IMG/VR virus record: IMGVR_UViG_3300040971_000196
Location: 1,032-65,031 of that record
Direction: 5' to 3' (one strand)
From: a virus
Length of the DNA: 64,000 nucleotides
Shown: positions 35,174-44,230 of the stretch, piece after piece
Layout of the letters: each line of letters starts with the position of its first letter
How positions within the stretch are numbered: position 1 is the stretch's first letter
Notes under the pieces: model-generated
The model's input: only the letters and a program-made list of their open reading frames with translations
Databases searched by the model: none
What the model was told of the DNA's origin: nothing
Translations under genes and position numbers: made by a program

Positions 35174-37297
35174 TCATCCGTTCTGCTTTGTCATCGGAAC
35201 ACCTGGCTCTGCCGGAGCACCACCGTTCTCGCGCTGTGGGGACTTTCCGCGCATATTTGCACCAGCGTCACCGCCGCCCTTGCCTTGAGCCATGGCCTGG
35301 TTGTTTGCAGCCATACTGGTTCCGCCCGACTTCATCGCGCTACCAGCCCTGGCCACCGGGTCGTTACCCGGCCCACCCTGATTCTGCATCGCAAATTCAT
35401 AGACCTGCTGCACAATCTCCTCGGGCAGGCCGGCCTGAATCAGAATCTGCATAGCCTGCTCCAGCGGACCGGCCTCGGCCATGCGTTCAACAATCTGACG
35501 CCAGCCTCTGAACTTCACCGCCTCAAGCAGAGCCACCTGGTCAATCGCACCTACCTGGAACAGCTCGACGGCCTGCTGGCGTTCCTCGGCCTCGGTCTTG
35601 ATAACCGTAGACCCGGACTCAACCACATAGGCAAAGTCTGCCTTCAAGAAGTCAGTCCCGGTTACAGGCATGCCTGTTCCAGACACATTAACCACTTCCG
35701 GGTCGGCATGGAAATTCTGCAGGAAGCTGATGAAGCAGCGGCCACGATTTCGGACCAGGCTGTCCACCGCCCTGATCTTTGCCCGCATGAGCACCGCCGC
35801 CCGCTCTTGCAACATCTGTATGGCGGAAGCAGCGACAATTCCGCTCGGGGCGTCACCGCGGTCGACATCTTCAATCTGGGAGGTGCGGTCGAAAAATCTG
35901 ACCAGGATGTCGATGGCCTGAAAGAGCCAGGCCGGAGGCACGGGCATTTCCAGAAACCGGATGCCGGAGCCTGTCGCCGTTGAGTTTGGCTGCAGGACAA
36001 GGCGTTCGATGTACGCGAACTGGCTCTTATCGATGCCGGTGTCCTTTGGGATGATGACTGGAGGAAGCAGGGAAAGTTTCAGATACTTGATGACCATACG
36101 CCACAGCTCGTCAATGGCCTGGGCAATATCGCCAGTCGTCTCAGCCTGGGAGTACCCCCAGAACATCTCGGTATCGGTGTAGGATCTGGCAACGTAGAAT
36201 GGATATCTGTTTGAGAGGAATGTTTTTGACACCTGCTCCGGGGTCAGGGCCCAGTTTACGTTCGGGTTTGGGCCGTCATAGAGGACGAAATAGGCGCCAG
36301 AAACAGATGTCTTCGCCAGCTTCACCATCCGGACGCCGCCCGGGTAGACCGGAATCTGGACTGTCCCATCACCGTCTGCCATCTTCTCGGCGCGTGTGGC
36401 CCGGTCCCGCACCCAAACCTCGACCACCAGGCACTTGTTGTCCATGCCAGGATCTGAGTTCCGGCCAGAAGAGTAGTGGTTCGGAGAGTACCCGCTGGTC
36501 GCTGCCAGATTGCTCATTCCGCCGCCGCGCTGGTTGTCGTGAATGACTGCGTCCTCGCGCTCGGTCAAGAGTAACTCGGACAGCCCACCCGTCTCGGTCA
36601 GCAGGCCCTCTGCATGTGGGTGCATGTGTTCAAGCACGTCGATGTCAGCGATGTAGTGATGACAGCAATATGGCATCTTCTGAATGTCGTGAAATTTTCC
36701 AGGGCAAGGCAGGAATGCCGTGATGTCGAGCGGCACCGGGCTCATTTTTCCCGTCACCACGTTCAGCACCGCCTTCTCAATCACCGTGCCATAAGTCTCC
36801 ATGATCTTGACAGACAGACCCAGAGTCAGCTCCTGCTCCTCGGCGTTGTTCCAGTGATCCACCATGGCCGACACGGCAGCACTCATACCTTCATCACCGT
36901 CGGTTGACTGCACGCTGGCCATTGGCGACCGGGCCGTAATATTCGCCACAGTTCGCTCGATGTTTGCCCCAATCATACCCAGCGACAGGCTGGCAGAGTA
37001 CCCGCCCAGCATCATGTCCCGAATTCGGGCCACATTCATGGTCTTCGCTCTCGACAAGATGTAGTTTGCCATCCAGCGCGTCGGCATTCCCAGCCGGTCT
37101 CGCTCGACAACAGCCTTCTCGTACAACTCTCCGAAGAATTTTCCGACCTCGGGGTTGTCCTTCTGCGGCATCTTTGCAAGAGTAAACTCTTTCTTGTCCC
37201 GTTTCTTCACTGTAGCCGTAGCGGGGTCGTCTGCATTCACCCCCATAAACTTCTTGACGCCATCAGACACTGCAGAAATTACGCTTCCCATGGTCAC
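35174..37297 (-). CDS. Portal protein (P22/podovirus-like)
   Basis: 707 aa between the terminase region and scaffold; FWGYS..E...DI..., G..PSG..AASAI..LQE motifs. Confidence 0.8.
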   Translation of the reverse strand: MTMGSVISAVSDGVKKFMGVNADDPATATVKKRDKKEFTLAKMPQKDNPEVGKFFGELYEKAVVERDRLGMPTRWMANYILSRAKTMNVARIRDMMLGGYSASLSLGMIGANIERTVANITARSPMASVQSTDGDEGMSAAVSAMVDHWNNAEEQELTLGLSVKIMETYGTVIEKAVLNVVTGKMSPVPLDITAFLPCPGKFHDIQKMPYCCHHYIADIDVLEHMHPHAEGLLTETGGLSELLLTEREDAVIHDNQRGGGMSNLAATSGYSPNHYSSGRNSDPGMDNKCLVVEVWVRDRATRAEKMADGDGTVQIPVYPGGVRMVKLAKTSVSGAYFVLYDGPNPNVNWALTPEQVSKTFLSNRYPFYVARSYTDTEMFWGYSQAETTGDIAQAIDELWRMVIKYLKLSLLPPVIIPKDTGIDKSQFAYIERLVLQPNSTATGSGIRFLEMPVPPAWLFQAIDILVRFFDRTSQIEDVDRGDAPSGIVAASAIQMLQERAAVLMRAKIRAVDSLVRNRGRCFISFLQNFHADPEVVNVSGTGMPVTGTDFLKADFAYVVESGSTVIKTEAEERQQAVELFQVGAIDQVALLEAVKFRGWRQIVERMAEAGPLEQAMQILIQAGLPEEIVQQVYEFAMQNQGGPGNDPVARAGSAMKSGGTSMAANNQAMAQGKGGGDAGANMRGKSPQRENGGAPAEPGVPMTKQNG

Positions 37298-37917
37298 ACC
37301 TTCCTACCGTTTTGGATTTCTCTGACCATATAGACGCTAATTCCGCAAGTTTTTGCGATCTCTGCCTGTGTTGCCCCGTCCCAGCTCATTTTGCGCACAA
37401 GGTCGGCAACGTCGGTTACACCATCGCCATTATCGCCGGAAGCAGGCAGGCCAGCATCGTCAGAGCCAACGCCCACCACGCCAGGAACTGCCAGGTCTCC
37501 CACCGCTTCTGGTGGCGAGTCGTTTCCGCCCTCTTCTGGCGCTTCTGCTCGCGCATCTGCTCGCGCATCCACTTCTTCACCAGCCGCCTGTCTGCTTTCA
37601 TTGGCACTCATCTCCTGCTTTTCGGCCCAAATCAGCACCTGGGCCATGACCACCCCCGGCCGGTAAGGCATCATGCACTGCGGACACATGACGTTGTCCC
37701 CTACCACCCAGTCCTCATGCGGAAAATCGTACCACCCATACTCCCGATACCGACTTGTCAGCCGCAAATAGCTGCCTCGAAGCGGGCCGTCCGGGTCATA
37801 CTTTGCAGTAAGTTCATGGAACCAGCCGCCACAACCCGCGCACTTGACCGGCACACCCTCATAAATCAGACACTTCTCCACCAGTTTTGCGATTATTTCG
37901 CCAGGACTGCTCATCAC
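37294..37917 (-). CDS. Hypothetical protein with CxxC pairs and C-terminal helix-turn-helix
   Basis: CAGC...CPQC; GATQAEIAKTCGISVYMVREI. Confidence 0.55.
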   Translation of the reverse strand: MMSSPGEIIAKLVEKCLIYEGVPVKCAGCGGWFHELTAKYDPDGPLRGSYLRLTSRYREYGWYDFPHEDWVVGDNVMCPQCMMPYRPGVVMAQVLIWAEKQEMSANESRQAAGEEVDARADARAEAPEEGGNDSPPEAVGDLAVPGVVGVGSDDAGLPASGDNGDGVTDVADLVRKMSWDGATQAEIAKTCGISVYMVREIQNGRKV

Positions 37918-38279
37918 TCACCCCCGCGGCCGGCCTGTGTCGGGGCATGGCCAGCCAGGTCCGGGTCAAGCAGTGTTTTTTCGACGCGCGGCGAATTCAT
38001 CTGCTTCAAATTTCGATTTATGTGCTCATCCAGAAATGCCAGCGGATCCTTAAGTGTCGACCCTGCCTGGTGGGGCACACCGGGATTCTGCCCCCCGGGC
38101 TCTGGCGCCTGCCATGCATCCCCTTTTACCCTGCCGCCAAAGAATGTGGTCGGTTCACCGCGCCCGACACGCTGCCCGACGGCCAGACCCCAAAACACTC
38201 CGGCAATTATTCCGCCAATACACATCAAAAACAGAAAGATGTTCAGCCACGCCGACCATCTCAGCAGCTCAGTCTCCAT
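37914..38279 (-). CDS. Membrane-anchored hypothetical protein
   Basis: N-terminal TM helix; GGAGGT SD. Confidence 0.55.
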   Translation of the reverse strand: METELLRWSAWLNIFLFLMCIGGIIAGVFWGLAVGQRVGRGEPTTFFGGRVKGDAWQAPEPGGQNPGVPHQAGSTLKDPLAFLDEHINRNLKQMNSPRVEKTLLDPDLAGHAPTQAGRGGE

Positions 38280-38289
38280 GAATTACCTC

Positions 38290-40992
38290 CTATCTGGCTA
38301 TGTAGGCGTTCTGTCCCGCGATATGATCATCCCACGACCCGCTACCACCCGCCCCTTGTGGCCGAGTCAGCCCATCCTCCGGCATTCTTATGCCCTGACT
38401 CATTGTCGCCTCCGCAATGTCCCTGGCGCACTCCGTCTGCATCGCTGGCCTGGTCAGGTCAGAGAGCTTAATTCCGCTCGACGGCCGGCTCATGCACACA
38501 TATCGAAGCTCATCGCAGTTATGGGAAATCAAACCATTGGCCAAAAGAAAACTGTGGCTACCCGAAACATACAGGCAGGCCACAGCTTCCTTCTTTTCCA
38601 GCCGCTCGATCTTAACGATTCTTTTTTTGCAATGTGTGCCGTCTTGCAGCAACGCGGCAAGATGTTTTTCCGCAGGTACTTGTTCTGGAATACTTGTTGA
38701 CCGTGAATTCAGTTTTGCATTCTGAGCAAATTCTCGTCTCATCATCGACACCGGAAGCCCGACGCCAAGCCGCCTTGCATTTTCCGGAGCAAAATCTGTT
38801 TTCCCCATCGCCTGTGCGAACAATCGCCTCGAACTTCCCCTGACACCAGTCACAACTCCGCATCTCGCGCTGCAAAATTCTGTCTTTGCAGTTTGCTTCA
38901 TAGTGCCGACGGTGCCACTCGCGCCCCGCTTCCGAGCCGTGCCATTCTGCAGCATGCTTCTGGACGACCTCAAGCATGTTTTTTCTTGAAACGACAACCC
39001 GATCCGGCTCTGAGCTATGCGCTGAAAGATGTTTTCCAGCACGGACAAGCTCAAGGTTTTCAAGCCGGTTGTCCGACCTGTCTCTGTTCTTGTGGTGGAT
39101 GTGAAATCCTGCTGGCACTTGTCCATTTTTACTGGACCAAACTGTCCGATGCAGCCGGACACCTTTTCGCTGCCAGTATTTTCCACACAGATAGTACCGC
39201 CTTCCCTCAAACACCTGGACGCTTCCATCGACAACCGGGTCCATGCAGCCACCTCCTCGTTGTTTTTATCAACGTATCGCAGCTCATCGCCTGTTGTCAA
39301 CGTATCGCATCTCGTCCATCCAAAATCAGTGAGAAACTTATGATCTGGAGTACATTTGACTGATTCTCCGTCCTCAAACTCTACGCGGACAATCTCTGCC
39401 TCTTTACTTGTGATCTTACAGAAGGTAAACTCTTCTCTATCTCCGTACAGATTTAGCGTATCTCCGCCGCTGTTTACTATGTCTCCAATTTTCTGCACAG
39501 ACCCGTTGCAGAAAATTTCTGTATCAAGCGTAAGGCATGCATGGTCCTCACCCTGCGTGTCGATGTCCTCCCAGTCCGCCATGTCCCGCTCCTGCTCGGG
39601 TAGGGTCCGGATCATGTGCTCGCAATTCTCCGTGAAATACAAGAGCGGCTCCCGCTCTTCGCTGTCCACCACGCGCTCGACCGAGCCATCATCAAGCACA
39701 ATATCCTTGAACGTCTGGCTCAAGAGTCGTCCATGAAGCATATACCGCACGGTGTCCCAGCCGCTTATGCGCTTGTTCTCGCCGCGCCTCCACACAACGC
39801 CCGCATCGCAGAATTTCTCTGAGATGCTGGGCCCGTCCTTCTCCGCAAAAATGCTCGGGTCGGCCACCCGGTCAATGAGCGTTGTCCTGCCCAGCAGCGC
39901 CATGCGGTTTTCGAGGTCCAGCATGCGAGCGCCCACATCAGAACTCTGCATCCGGATGCCGACATTTGCCTCAATGCGGCCGCTGACCACGTTCTTCTGC
40001 ACTCCGTACCACTCCTGGAACCGGATCATCGCCCCCTTGGGGAATACATGGTGCACGCCACGGAGCGGAACGCTCGTCTCGCCATCCGCGACAGCATACC
40101 ACCCAATAGAAAAAGGTGTCGCGGACCCCCAGTCCATCCCGACAATTCTTGGCCAATGCGCCGGTGGCCTGAACTGCGGCACAACATGCTTGTACAGGTT
40201 CCACACGTCCCCAAAATACCCGCCCAAAACAACATCCCAGTCCCCTTCCAGCCACGCCTTGCGAAGCGCAGGGTCCTTGATCGACCGAAGGTTGTTCACA
40301 TAGTCCGGATCATTCTCGCAAAGGATCTTGTTGTCCTCCACGCTTGAAGGGATGAATACGCTCGTCATCCCCGTGTCGTCCGTAATGATCTGCCCAGGCT
40401 TCACGCCCTTCGGCATGAACCTCGACTTCACCTGACTGTGGCCAGGTCCACCCGGGTTTGCCGTCAAAAACATCTGTGTGGGAATACCTGCTGCAGAACG
40501 CAAGCAGCCTTTGAGCATCTCTATCATCTGATCAATATAAGAAAACTGACAAGCCTCCTCTATACTGACCATTGTAAAGCTTTGACCTTGAAAGAACTCA
40601 GCCTTTTCTATACTTTCTACAACTGTGAGCGTTATTATTCCGCCGCTCTTAAACCGCAAATAGTTAGTACCCTGTTGCGGACCAACCAACTCTGCAGGTA
40701 GACCTGCCCGTATAAGCTGTCCAAGACGTCTTCTTATATCTGCAAAATACTTATAGCTCTTCCTTATGAAAAGACCGTTCCAATCAGGCCCATACCGTAG
40801 AGCACCATATATCTGCTTTCCAATAGCACAGTCCGTCTTTCCGCCACCACGCGAACCGCCAAAAAGAATCATCTTCACAGGACAAAGCGTTGCAAGCAGC
40901 TGCGGACCTTGCTGGGGCGCCCAAATCTGGGTCGCGTCCAACATAACCTCTTGCATGGGCTTTACCAAGTGAGCAGTTCTACTTCGGGCCAT
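38290..40992 (-). CDS. terL: Terminase large subunit containing an intein
   Basis: Walker A GGSRGGGKT, Walker B-like SIEEA, TANPGG, LEGDW, RNase H GMDWG, and DH(A)|(C)DELRY split by the intein; ~560 aa after splicing. Confidence 0.92.
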   Translation of the reverse strand: MARSRTAHLVKPMQEVMLDATQIWAPQQGPQLLATLCPVKMILFGGSRGGGKTDCAIGKQIYGALRYGPDWNGLFIRKSYKYFADIRRRLGQLIRAGLPAELVGPQQGTNYLRFKSGGIITLTVVESIEKAEFFQGQSFTMVSIEEACQFSYIDQMIEMLKGCLRSAAGIPTQMFLTANPGGPGHSQVKSRFMPKGVKPGQIITDDTGMTSVFIPSSVEDNKILCENDPDYVNNLRSIKDPALRKAWLEGDWDVVLGGYFGDVWNLYKHVVPQFRPPAHWPRIVGMDWGSATPFSIGWYAVADGETSVPLRGVHHVFPKGAMIRFQEWYGVQKNVVSGRIEANVGIRMQSSDVGARMLDLENRMALLGRTTLIDRVADPSIFAEKDGPSISEKFCDAGVVWRRGENKRISGWDTVRYMLHGRLLSQTFKDIVLDDGSVERVVDSEEREPLLYFTENCEHMIRTLPEQERDMADWEDIDTQGEDHACLTLDTEIFCNGSVQKIGDIVNSGGDTLNLYGDREEFTFCKITSKEAEIVRVEFEDGESVKCTPDHKFLTDFGWTRCDTLTTGDELRYVDKNNEEVAAWTRLSMEASRCLREGGTICVENTGSEKVSGCIGQFGPVKMDKCQQDFTSTTRTETGRTTGLKTLSLSVLENIFQRIAQSRIGLSFQEKTCLRSSRSMLQNGTARKRGASGTVGTMKQTAKTEFCSARCGVVTGVRGSSRRLFAQAMGKTDFAPENARRLGVGLPVSMMRREFAQNAKLNSRSTSIPEQVPAEKHLAALLQDGTHCKKRIVKIERLEKKEAVACLYVSGSHSFLLANGLISHNCDELRYVCMSRPSSGIKLSDLTRPAMQTECARDIAEATMSQGIRMPEDGLTRPQGAGGSGSWDDHIAGQNAYIAR
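38518..39537 (-). mobile_element. Intein in the TerL nuclease domain (340 aa, Cys486-Asn825)
   Basis: Block A CLTLDTEI, block B KCTPDHKFLT, blocks F/G VACLYV...FLLANGLISHN, with +1 Cys. Confidence 0.9.
38612..39244 (-). CDS. HNH homing endonuclease nested out of frame inside the TerL intein
   Basis: LHRTVW...HIHHKNRDRSDNRLENLELV...H...H (HNH_3-type) plus two C-terminal CxxC...CxxxC zinc ribbons; SD GAGGAGGT at 39258-39251, 6 nt before the ATG. Confidence 0.88.
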   Translation of the reverse strand: MDPVVDGSVQVFEGRRYYLCGKYWQRKGVRLHRTVWSSKNGQVPAGFHIHHKNRDRSDNRLENLELVRAGKHLSAHSSEPDRVVVSRKNMLEVVQKHAAEWHGSEAGREWHRRHYEANCKDRILQREMRSCDWCQGKFEAIVRTGDGENRFCSGKCKAAWRRASGVDDETRICSECKTEFTVNKYSRTSTCGKTSCRVAARRHTLQKKNR

Positions 40993-41157
40993 GTGTACCT
41001 TTGGAAATTTACAACTGATTTTTTAAAAAATTTTGAGACTGGAAATTCACGCGCCTTCGGCTCTCATAATCGGTCAATACATCGTTTGTAAACCTCCTGG
41101 CGTGGAGTCTTCATTTTTGGTGTATTTTTTTTGGAATTTTGGGAGGGGTTTTAAGAT

Positions 41158-41230
41158 TTTTGGGAGTAGGGGTGGGATCGTAGATGGAATTTTTTTTAAT
41201 TTTTGGGAGGAGGGGTGGGATCGTAGATGG
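41158..41230 (+). repeat. Direct repeat pair TTTTGGGAG(T/G)AGGGGTGGGATCGTAGATGG, period 43
   Basis: Copies at 41158-41187 and 41201-41230, one mismatch. Confidence 0.8.
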
Positions 41231-41291
41231 TTGTGCATGTACCATACCCGCCATCCCGGGACTCCTACCCCTTGATTCGGTCCTCTGTAGT

Positions 41292-41452
41292 GAAGATAGT
41301 ATGTGTCCACCTCGCCTTCGGCTTCGGATACAAGCAGTTCAGTGCGGCACACCGAGCTTCGTACACCAAAAGAAAAGAAATAGAAGATAGTATGTGTCCA
41401 CCTCGCCTTCGACTTCGGATACAATACACCTCAACCCCAACACCGAGCTTCG
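41292..41452 (+). repeat. Direct repeat pair, 42-bp core, period 91
   Basis: GAAGATAGTATGTGTCCACCTCGCCTTCG(G/A)CTTCGGATACAA at 41292 and 41383, each followed by ACACCGAGCTTCG at the same spacing. Confidence 0.85.
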
Positions 41453-41461
41453 CCTCTTACT

Positions 41462-41493
41462 CTTCTACCACTTGACTAGCTATCCCCTTTCCC
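41462..41493 (+). promoter_or_regulatory. Phage-specific upstream motif, long form, copy 1
   Basis: CTTCTACCACTTGACTAGCTATCCCCTTTCCC; aligns with 42117 and 44701. Confidence 0.55.
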
Positions 41494-41577
41494 ATGCATA
41501 GATCTCGCCTCCTCGCTTACCACAGTGGTATGCGACGTGGGGGCGGGGCACACACTCAGTACCCTAGGAGGTACACC

Positions 41578-42048
41578 ATGGCTATGCAGAACACCGTTAA
41601 GAACACCGTCGCTTCCGAGTCCACCCAGTCCGTCACCCGTGAACGCCAGTCTTTGACCCCTTGGTTGACCGAAATGGCCGGACGTCAGGTTTTGGAGCTG
41701 ACCAGTGTCAGTTACCTCCCCGCGAATGGGGATAAGAAGGCGACCTTCGGCGGGATCCTCGCCAACTATGTGGATCCGGTCAGTGGCCAGAAGGTCCACT
41801 TCCAGGGCCGTAACGGCGAGCTGATCGCCGGCGGCTGCCCGATCAGGCTCTTCGGAGGGGACGCCGAGCAGGCCGAGGCGATGGTGGGCCTGCGGGCCGG
41901 CCAGAAGCTGGCCCTGGTTCTGAATGAAGGCGCCGAGGCCAGTGTGTACCGGAAGGACGATGGCGAGGTGGCATACCTTGCCATCAACGCCAGCGTGCTG
42001 ACAGGTGGCTACCGCTGGAGCCCGACGATCAGCTTCGAAGAATTCTAG
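41578..42048 (+). CDS. Hypothetical early protein, possibly OB-fold/SSB-like (156 aa)
   Basis: AGGAGGT SD; beta-rich; C-terminal ...SFEEF; followed by a terminator. Confidence 0.65.
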   Translation: MAMQNTVKNTVASESTQSVTRERQSLTPWLTEMAGRQVLELTSVSYLPANGDKKATFGGILANYVDPVSGQKVHFQGRNGELIAGGCPIRLFGGDAEQAEAMVGLRAGQKLALVLNEGAEASVYRKDDGEVAYLAINASVLTGGYRWSPTISFEEF

Positions 42049-42057
42049 GCTGAGGCA

Positions 42058-42096
42058 GGGCGCTGGATGTCGCAAGGCATCCAGCGCCCTTTTTTT
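42058..42096 (+). terminator. Rho-independent terminator
   Basis: GGGCGCTGGATG...CATCCAGCGCCC followed by T7. Confidence 0.85.
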
Positions 42097-42116
42097 ATTG
42101 AGCGTTGAGCGGGAGG

Positions 42117-42148
42117 CTTCTACCACGCGACCAGCTATTCCCGTTCTC
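42117..42148 (+). promoter_or_regulatory. Phage-specific upstream motif, long form, copy 2
   Basis: CTTCTACCACGCGACCAGCTATTCCCGTTCTC, directly after a terminator. Confidence 0.55.
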
Positions 42149-42199
42149 GTTGGTAACATCAACCTTTAGCTGTTCCCTGTAGCGGGGAAGGAGAGAGCC

Positions 42200-42319
42200 A
42201 TGAGCATCACTGAATTCTTAGAGCGTTACGAGGAGATCTTTGGAGCGGAGACAGACGCGACACCACTGGAGTATTGGGACGCCGAGGCCGGCACGTGGGT
42301 GCCGGCTGATGAGCGGTAA
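42200..42319 (+). CDS. Small acidic protein (39 aa)
   Basis: AAGGAG SD; MSITEFLERYEEIFGAETDATPLEYWDAEAGTWVPADER (hand translation). Confidence 0.55.
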   Translation: MSITEFLERYEEIFGAETDATPLEYWDAEAGTWVPADER

Positions 42320-42443
42320 GTTTGACCGCCACGCCTGGCTCCTAGTGAACCGGGCGTGGTGGTGGATTGGGGAGGTTGAGGAGAGCAGGGATAGCCGCAA
42401 TGGGCGGCGCGAGTATATATATGGACATAGGTGTCCGCAGTAA
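42309..42443 (+). CDS. Small Trp-rich protein (44 aa)
   Basis: Overlaps the previous ORF; ends right before a terminator. Confidence 0.4.
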   Translation: MSGKFDRHAWLLVNRAWWWIGEVEESRDSRNGRREYIYGHRCPQ

Positions 42444-42476
42444 GGCCAGGGAGCTAAGGCTCCTTGGCCTTTTTTT
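42442..42476 (+). terminator. Rho-independent terminator
   Basis: AAGGCCAGGGAGC TAAG GCTCCTTGGCCTT followed by a T-tract. Confidence 0.8.
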
Positions 42477-42953
42477 ATTTGCCAGGGGACGGGGAGCCCC
42501 ATCCATAACTCACTGACTTTGGCAGCCATGCCCATAACTCACTGATCAAGGCCCGTTACGCCTAGAGGACCGCCCGTTCCGCTCAGCGGAATGATTGGTT
42601 GATCATATGGGTGAAATGCCCCAAACTGACAATTATTGTCACCAACCGGGGCGTTTCGCCCCACCTGGACAAAAACACTGTGTCATTATGATACAAAAAT
42701 ATGGAGCAAAGTTTACATAATTACCATAAGTGGGGCGTTTCGCCCCAACTAATGTACTAATGGCACGAAATGTTGCCACTTGTGCCGCGATCAGAGGTGG
42801 CTGTATGCCACCCACCGCGCCTTGGGCAAAGACCTCCGAGCTAAATCACTGAGCCCATTGTCAATGTGCAAAACTCTTGTCGCACAAACCCCACCGCTTA
42901 TTGACACGAAAACCAAAACAATCGTGTCACTTTCTTCGACCCTCAACCCCTCC

Positions 42954-44006
42954 TCAATCCTTGGCCAAGCATTTGAGCGGTCGTCCTGGTTTCTTCTTCA
43001 CCTTTTCCACCGCGCCATTGACCACATCAATAACTGCCTCGGCGCCTTTCTCCGCCACCTTCTTCTTCTCATTGCTCAGGAACTGGGCCTGCCACTGATC
43101 AAGAGACAGCGTCGGCGGCAGTGAGTCAGGCGTCACAGCCAGGGTATTATTGGTCTGATTGATCGTTGTATTATTTGTTGTCTGGTTGCCCGCCGTCTCT
43201 CCGCGCTTGCCGGCATCCGTCCAATCAAAGTTGGTCGCCAGATCCAGCTTGTGTCCAGCCATGACACCACCACCGCTGATAATCTCCGTATTCCTCTGAT
43301 CCTCAATCTTCATGAGCGCACGCGCCAGCATGAATCCCATGAGCGTCTCCTGGTTCTCACGTATGAACGCCAGCAAATCCTGCCGGCACATGAACCCCAC
43401 CTCATAGGCGAGCCCAGGCACGGTGAAAGACCTGTGCTTCTTGACACACTCATCAAAATAGAAGGCAATGCGTGATGCCAGTTCATCCGGCGTCATCTCC
43501 TCCATGAAATTGATCCGCTGCCTGTGTGTCTGCAGCAGCATGTGGGCAACCTTCCGCGCTGATTTGGCATAGGCCATCAAAGCGGCATCACCCACTGACT
43601 TCCTCAGCTCTAAGATAGCGGCCTCCACTCCCATTCTGTATCCACGCTGGAAGGCGGCTGTCTCTTCATCCGAATACATCTTGTCCGTGCAGGCAAACCT
43701 GAGCCGCCCATCCATGGCCGTAATATACTCGGCCGTGGGCACTCCGGTTTCCTCGGTTGACGGCATGTCCCCTAAAATGGCGTCCACATCACTCAAAAGG
43801 CAGTCCGGGCTAATCAGCTCCAGCAACTTCTCCTTGTTGGACACAAACCCTCTTGTAATCCGGGCCTCAGTACAAGCCTCCTTCTGTTCCGGTGTGAACT
43901 TGGCTGGATCAATTACCGCTCCCTCTGGAGCCACGCTGGAATAGACTCCCGATTCCTTCGCCTTCTTCTGTTTGGCCGTCAGCTTTCTCTTCCGCTCCAT
44001 ACCCAC
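42954..44006 (-). CDS. terS: Terminase small subunit (P22 gp3-like domain), extended
   Basis: TPDEL...I..YFDEC.....TVPGLAYEVGF..RQ.L resembles DNA-packaging gp3; same strand as, and upstream of, TerL. Confidence 0.65.
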   Translation of the reverse strand: MGMERKRKLTAKQKKAKESGVYSSVAPEGAVIDPAKFTPEQKEACTEARITRGFVSNKEKLLELISPDCLLSDVDAILGDMPSTEETGVPTAEYITAMDGRLRFACTDKMYSDEETAAFQRGYRMGVEAAILELRKSVGDAALMAYAKSARKVAHMLLQTHRQRINFMEEMTPDELASRIAFYFDECVKKHRSFTVPGLAYEVGFMCRQDLLAFIRENQETLMGFMLARALMKIEDQRNTEIISGGGVMAGHKLDLATNFDWTDAGKRGETAGNQTTNNTTINQTNNTLAVTPDSLPPTLSLDQWQAQFLSNEKKKVAEKGAEAVIDVVNGAVEKVKKKPGRPLKCLAKD

Positions 44007-44230
44007 CTCTTGTTTTTGTTGCGCAATACAACACCTTTATCAAGAACTTACAGAGTTGTCCACATGTAAGAAGGCTCTCCCTTTTCTCTTGCTTCCATAC
44101 ATTTCGGGCACTTACCGCCTTTCTTTCTTTAAAACAAACCCCCTATACGCGAGGAAAATTCACCAAAACCAAATCATGAAAATGCCTCAGGTATGAAAAA
44201 AATGCAGCTATCTCACGATTTCTTCATGTG

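Noticed and set aside
31984..38700. Long + strand ORFs opposite capsid, scaffold and portal (31984-33201, 33209-34081, 37312-38700)
   Set aside because: Shadow frames of well-supported minus-strand genes; unlike the nested HNH they show no domain signature.
38612..39244. Group I intron as the explanation for the HNH inside terL
   Set aside because: The terL frame is uninterrupted and flanked by complete intein splicing motifs, so RNA splicing is not needed.
41292..41452. Repeat-spacer-repeat pattern as a mini CRISPR array
   Set aside because: Only two copies, similarity extends into the supposed spacer (ACACCGAGCTTCG), and there are no cas genes; better explained as a tandem duplication.
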